Shown: piece by piece, positions 59,420-64,000 of the stretch
How positions within the stretch are numbered: position 1 is the stretch's first letter
Layout of the letters: each line of letters begins with the position of its first letter
Assembly: GCA_029979505.1 (NCBI GenBank)
Contig: JAPOHH010000001.1
Span: 55,034 to 119,033, forward strand
Reading direction: 5' to 3'
DNA: 64,000 nt
Source: a bacterium
Lineage (GTDB): Bacteria; Pseudomonadota; Gammaproteobacteria; GCA-002705445; GCA-002716945
Translations under genes and position numbers: made by a program
The notes under the pieces: model-generated
Seen by the model: only the letters and a program-made list of their open reading frames with translations
What the model was told of the DNA's origin: nothing
Database searches by the model: none

Positions 59420-60562
59420 TTAAGATTCGGTTACGGTAACAGACGAACCTACAAAACCATCTGGAGGAACGCTACCAATACTTCTTTCATTCATACATGA
59501 TCGATCATTAGTCATTATCATAGGTACGGGTACCTTCCATACTTTTATATCATCAACAAATAATGTCAGAAACAAATAATAATTAATTTTTCTAAATTTT
59601 ATGTCATCAACATTGAATGAAAATGTTGTTGGTTTTGATAGTAAAAATTCATGATTATAAGAAAATAATCTAAAGTGACCAAGATTTTTTCGATCATGCG
59701 CTAGAGACCACCCAAGAGAACATTTTGTGTTTTTAAGTCCGTTGTTATCAATTAATATTGATAGGGATAAATTTGCATGTTCAATGTCAATGTCAGTAAA
59801 CGAATAAGAGATATCACTAATAGTAGGTGTAGCATTATTATCTCTAGCTGAATCATTATAAATAGGTGCATTAACTCTCTTTAAAAAAGGAATTATCGGC
59901 AGTGAGACCTCTTCATTATCTGGGTTAATGATAGATATAGTCTGAAAACCATATAGTTCATTGTTATGAACATTTTGATCAAGGTTTGATAATAATATAT
60001 ATTTATTATCCTTATTAAGCTTATCTAAATGTCTAGAATCAAAACCTGTTAGTATTATTGTTTTATTAGGTATACTTAAAGATAATATAAAAAATAATAA
60101 ATCACGATACAATTTCTTCTGATCAACATCTGCAGCTTTAGTACTGTAATCAAATTCTTTTTTTAATTTTTGTATATATTGTTCAACTTCATCAGGAATT
60201 TCATCAAAAATATCTTTCACTATGTAATCAAGCATGACATGTTCCCTATAAAGGGGTCTGAAAAATTTTGGCGCTTTAGCATGTATTGATATATATTCAA
60301 AATTTATATTTTTTTTATAATGCCCTGCTCTATCATGAATAGCATTGACAACTAAATCATAATATGACTTGTTTTTCATAACATATATTTTATTACTATC
60401 ACTTGGTAGGTTAATTTTGTAAGTTAAAAAGTCTTTATGGTAAATGTCTTTTGTAAATAAAGAATTAAAAAGTATATTTCTTCTTCTTTTGTGGATTTTG
60501 AGTTTTTTTGTTTCAAATAACTCTACTGACAATGTATCAGACGATTGAATCTTTATAGGCAT
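59420..60562 (-). CDS. Hypothetical protein (380 aa), no recognisable motifs
   Basis: Long ORF embedded in the polysaccharide operon with 26-nt overlap onto the upstream gene. No Walker motifs seen. Confidence 0.5.
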   Translation of the reverse strand: MPIKIQSSDTLSVELFETKKLKIHKRRRNILFNSLFTKDIYHKDFLTYKINLPSDSNKIYVMKNKSYYDLVVNAIHDRAGHYKKNINFEYISIHAKAPKFFRPLYREHVMLDYIVKDIFDEIPDEVEQYIQKLKKEFDYSTKAADVDQKKLYRDLLFFILSLSIPNKTIILTGFDSRHLDKLNKDNKYILLSNLDQNVHNNELYGFQTISIINPDNEEVSLPIIPFLKRVNAPIYNDSARDNNATPTISDISYSFTDIDIEHANLSLSILIDNNGLKNTKCSLGWSLAHDRKNLGHFRLFSYNHEFLLSKPTTFSFNVDDIKFRKINYYLFLTLFVDDIKVWKVPVPMIMTNDRSCMNERSIGSVPPDGFVGSSVTVTES

Positions 60563-61268
60563 ATTTAATTTCCTTATCTACTGATTTATAAAAGTATAAC
60601 GATAGAGCTATTAATATAATAGTGTGAATTTTAAGAATCATCAGCTTCTCAAGAAAAGCTATGTCATAAAAGAATATAATCTCTATAAAATTAAAGATAG
60701 AAAAAAAGGCAAAACTATCAGATATTAAAATATTTATTTTCAAGAAAAGCAAAAGTATTATTGGAACAAACTGAGGTGCATTTACAAAATCTATAGCATT
60801 TATAGACAATGTCCCTATCTTTACGAAAATTGGCATGGTAATTACATACAATAAAAGTGGATAAAATAAATGGTCTGTGTATGAAACATCTACAAATATA
60901 GAAAGAAGTACATATAGGATATTCAAAAAGAACAAACTTAGAATAAAATCACATAAATTATAAATTAGTGCGTCATTAATTGAAAATGATGTTAGTTTAA
61001 TATACCTTCGCATTCTACGAGCATTAGTTACAATATTAATTGTACAGTACCAATAAATAGTCCATCCAAATGTCATAGTTAGCAAAGTATTAATGTTCTC
61101 AATATCAGGAAATACACCTTGTATCATAAGAAAATATGACCCAAACATAAGGAGTGGCTTGAAAATATACCAAAACCATCCAGAAATTGTTAGGTCATTC
61201 CAATAAAATGTTTCAAGTTTATAAGCTATAAATCCTTTATTTGTCATTTTCGTGTAAATATTTTTCAA
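60537..61268 (-). CDS. Putative ABC-2 type (Wzm/KpsM-like) polysaccharide-export permease
   Basis: 243 aa, about 6 TM. N-terminal block LTISGWFWYIFKPLLMFGSYFLMIQGVF resembles the KpsM/TagG signature region. Confidence 0.4.
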   Translation of the reverse strand: MKNIYTKMTNKGFIAYKLETFYWNDLTISGWFWYIFKPLLMFGSYFLMIQGVFPDIENINTLLTMTFGWTIYWYCTINIVTNARRMRRYIKLTSFSINDALIYNLCDFILSLFFLNILYVLLSIFVDVSYTDHLFYPLLLYVITMPIFVKIGTLSINAIDFVNAPQFVPIILLLFLKINILISDSFAFFSIFNFIEIIFFYDIAFLEKLMILKIHTIILIALSLYFYKSVDKEIKYAYKDSIV

Positions 61269-63183
61269 TACAAAAAGTTAAATTAAAGCTGTCTAGATTT
61301 GCATGTTTTAAGACTAGTTCATTTTCTCCACATTTAGGGAAATCATCTAATCCAATAGCTTCAATTCTTGGGGCATTTGCTCCCCAATCAATAGATGTTA
61401 TCCGATCTCTTAATCCACCAATTAGATAATGATTTTCAAGGACAATAATAAATTTTATATTTTCAGTATAATTTTTTAACCATGGTCGTTTTACTTCATT
61501 TAACCATGGGAAATTTATAACTTTAATATTAATATGTCTTTCAGTTTTATACTTGATTGCTACAGAATGCGCAAGATTACATGCTATTGGGCCATATGCA
61601 ATTATTGCGATTTCTTCACCATCATCTATAACTAATCCTTTACCTGCATTCAGTCTAATATCTTTTGGATAGTCAAAGTTAATTTCTATTGGCAGAGAAC
61701 AAAGTCTAATATAAGTACTATATTCTGTTTCTGGACTGATTGCCCAATTTAAAACATTATTTAATTCTTCTTCACAACATGGTTCAACTATTCTGAGACC
61801 TGGGATTGCTGCAAGCGATGATATGTCTCGAACCGCTTGATGAGAGTGTCCTGGCCCTCCTGGTAAAACTCCAGCTAGAGAACCTACATAGATAATTTTT
61901 TTTCTTTCAGTTGCATTGTTATAAATTTGTTCGTTAGGTCTTGTAGATAAAAAGCAAGAAAAAGAATGTACAATAGGCAAATAACCACTTAAGGATAGTC
62001 CACCAGCTGTTGAGACCATATCTTGCTCTGCAATACCACACTCAATAAATCTTTCTGGAAATTTATTTTTAAATGGGATGAGACCCGTATCAAGAATTAA
62101 ATCTGCATCTAAAGCTACAATCTTATTATTTTTTTTTGCATGCTCAACTAATTGTTCACTGTATGCTGCAATTAAATTATCCGGTTTTTTTTGCGTAACA
62201 GTGTTCTTTTTTTTCTTTTCTGTTGAACTAATAGAGATTTTATCTAGATTGAATTGATCTTGATAGTGTTCTACTGTTTCTATAAGTTCATTAGCAGCAT
62301 TTAAATATTCTTCAGGTGTTGGTGCTCCGCTGTGATATTGATAATATTTATCATTAGGTTTTGCAGTGTGCTCCATGAATGAAACACCCTTGCCTTTAAT
62401 TGTATTCGCGAGTAAAAATTTTGGTCCTGACTTTTCTTTTAATCTATCTATAGCATTTTCTAGTGATTCTAAGTCATTCCCATCACATTGATCTACATTC
62501 CAACCAAAAGATTTTACTTTTGATAAAATATCACCAAGATCAGAAACTTCGCTAAGTAAAGTGTCAGATTGCAGTTTATTATGATCAACAATTACAAATA
62601 GTTCATCCATATTATAATTCACAGCTGAAACTAAGGATTCCCAAAATTGACCCTCTTGAAGCTCGCCATCGCCTGTAAGTACAAATACTCTGCCAGAGAT
62701 TTTAGATAGCCTTCTTGCAAAAATCATACCCTTAGCTTTAGATATACCCATTCCCAACGATCCAGTATTTGTTGCTATACAGGGTGTGTTGATGTCTGGA
62801 TGTCCAGGCAGACCATTAATTTTACGGAGTTTATCAATTAGATGGAAATCAAGATAACCATGAGCAATTAGCATTGAATAGAATCCAGGTGCATCATGTC
62901 CCTTAGAACTAAAGAATATATCTCCGTCGACTGTCGGGTTATTGTTATGGAAATTAAGCTCTTTTAGAAACAACCAAGAAAATATATCTAAACTACTAAA
63001 GCTACTACCTATATGGCCTGAGCCAGAATTTGAAATCATATACAATGTGTTGAGTCTACAAAGGTCAGCTATAATTTTTGCTTTTAATCTTAGGTCAATC
63101 TTTTGTGAGAGAATGTATTGAAATATATTTTCTCCAATAAAATATAATGTTCCGTCAATTGCTTTTCCTATTTTATCTCCCAT
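61237..63183 (-). CDS. Transketolase, fused N-terminal (ThDP-binding) and C-terminal (Pyr/TKC) halves
   Basis: N-terminal half has SKGHDAPGFY, GLPGHPD and GDGELQEGQFWE; C-terminal half has FIECGIAEQDMVSTAGGLS. Both halves lie in a single 648-aa ORF. Confidence 0.85.
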   Translation of the reverse strand: MGDKIGKAIDGTLYFIGENIFQYILSQKIDLRLKAKIIADLCRLNTLYMISNSGSGHIGSSFSSLDIFSWLFLKELNFHNNNPTVDGDIFFSSKGHDAPGFYSMLIAHGYLDFHLIDKLRKINGLPGHPDINTPCIATNTGSLGMGISKAKGMIFARRLSKISGRVFVLTGDGELQEGQFWESLVSAVNYNMDELFVIVDHNKLQSDTLLSEVSDLGDILSKVKSFGWNVDQCDGNDLESLENAIDRLKEKSGPKFLLANTIKGKGVSFMEHTAKPNDKYYQYHSGAPTPEEYLNAANELIETVEHYQDQFNLDKISISSTEKKKKNTVTQKKPDNLIAAYSEQLVEHAKKNNKIVALDADLILDTGLIPFKNKFPERFIECGIAEQDMVSTAGGLSLSGYLPIVHSFSCFLSTRPNEQIYNNATERKKIIYVGSLAGVLPGGPGHSHQAVRDISSLAAIPGLRIVEPCCEEELNNVLNWAISPETEYSTYIRLCSLPIEINFDYPKDIRLNAGKGLVIDDGEEIAIIAYGPIACNLAHSVAIKYKTERHINIKVINFPWLNEVKRPWLKNYTENIKFIIVLENHYLIGGLRDRITSIDWGANAPRIEAIGLDDFPKCGENELVLKHANLDSFNLTFCIEKYLHENDK

Positions 63184-63931
63184 TACAACTCCTATGTTTT
63201 TTAAATTTAGGCAAAATTACATGTTTTGTGCGAATATAATGTTCAGCTAATAACCAGTCTTCGTGAGTATTTATATCAAAACCTTCAAGAGCTTTTGTAA
63301 TAAATGGCAAAATTAATGATCCAGAAATACTTTTTTTAACAACAAGAGTTTTAAGCCATGCAATCTCAAGACTAGCATTTTGAACATAGATTTTTGGAAG
63401 TAGTGCATATTGATTGCTATGCCATGGTGTCCCATTAATAGTTTTATTTAAAATTGGAGTCATATACTTCTTACCAAGTGACCACATTTTTCCTGGATGT
63501 TGTCCACATAGTTCAACAGCCCTAAGAGAATCAAATTTTAAACTTTTATTAAATAATTTAAATGCTCTTTTAATAGTTTTTTCTGTTCTAAATGGACTGG
63601 TAGGTCTTAATATACTATACACATTAAAGTCATATCCTTCGTTTTGTAAAACATCTGTAGTAAATTTTACCCATTCATAATCAGGTGAAGTTGATGATGC
63701 TATTTTTTTTGGTCTAAAAATAACTTCAGCACCATATTGGCTGGCGATATCAGCATAATATTCGGAGTCAGTTGAACAGATAACACGATTAAAACATTTA
63801 CATTCTAATGCAGAGTAAATGGTATAGGCGAGCAATGGACGGTTCTTTAGTAATTTTATATTTTTATCAATAATTCTTTTTGATCCTGATCTTGCAGGAA
63901 TAAGTGCTATCGCTTTTATGTTTTTACTCAT
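63173..63931 (-). CDS. CMP-sugar (acylneuraminate/nonulosonate/Kdo-type) cytidylyltransferase, NeuA/KdsB superfamily
   Basis: AIALIPARSGSKRIIDKNIKLL...ILRPTSPFR is typical of NeuA/PseF-type cytidylyltransferases. Confidence 0.8.
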   Translation of the reverse strand: MSKNIKAIALIPARSGSKRIIDKNIKLLKNRPLLAYTIYSALECKCFNRVICSTDSEYYADIASQYGAEVIFRPKKIASSTSPDYEWVKFTTDVLQNEGYDFNVYSILRPTSPFRTEKTIKRAFKLFNKSLKFDSLRAVELCGQHPGKMWSLGKKYMTPILNKTINGTPWHSNQYALLPKIYVQNASLEIAWLKTLVVKKSISGSLILPFITKALEGFDINTHEDWLLAEHYIRTKHVILPKFKKHRSCNGR

Positions 63932-64000
63932 GTCTAATTGTTTTCATAAAAAAATGAAATATTTTTTATTTCTGTATATACATCTAGTGCTTCCAATCCA

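Noticed and set aside
1-64000. CRISPR arrays, IS elements, integrases, prophage remnants, toxin-antitoxin or restriction-modification style defence cassettes
   Set aside because: No direct-repeat/spacer arrays, transposase or recombinase motifs, or nuclease/methylase pairs were seen on reading both strands. The only repeat is the 23-bp tandem at 22933-22978.

Overview
Gene-dense, AT-rich (by eye) chromosomal segment with gammaproteobacterial gene order, possibly a free-living marine lineage given two light-repair enzymes; taxon not determinable from sequence alone. Conserved blocks: msbA-lpxK-kdsB; mdh; ygfZ / sdhCDAB-sdhE; pdxJ-acpS; mltD / yafS-like-rnhA-dnaQ; smpB / ratA-ratB; pncC-recA-recX-alaS-lysC-csrA-tRNA-Ser; ispG / hrcA-grpE-dnaK-dnaJ-dapB; fabD-fabG-acpP-fabF-pabC-tmk-holB-metX. 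About 1-41 kb is core housekeeping. Accessory content comes in three patches. Patch 1 (22.8-26.4 kb) lies between tRNA-Ser(GCT) and tRNA-Arg(TCT): a perfect 23-bp tandem repeat, an orphan exported protein, a class I CPD photolyase, and rmuC. Patch 2 (41-47.9 kb): a secreted SNase, a PagL-like outer-membrane protein, a photolyase-related FeS-BCP-family protein that appears to lack the Fe-S cysteine ligands, followed by a DUF393 gene and a DUF2256 micro-ORF, a TupA-type tungstate ABC transporter, and fhs. Patch 3 (47.9 kb to window end) is a very AT-rich cell-surface polysaccharide locus: ligase-like protein, GT4s, rfbF/rfbG, two R-x-HP transferase-like proteins, a paralogous pair of unclassified putative transferases, an ABC-2-like permease with no ATPase partner, a fused transketolase, and a NeuA-like cytidylyltransferase. 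Two conserved micro-ORFs are missing from the supplied ORF track: a DUF1674/SDHAF4-like gene immediately upstream of sdhC and a DUF2256 gene downstream of the cryptochrome-like gene. One transporter appears to start at AUU. No CRISPR array, IS element or integrase was recognised.
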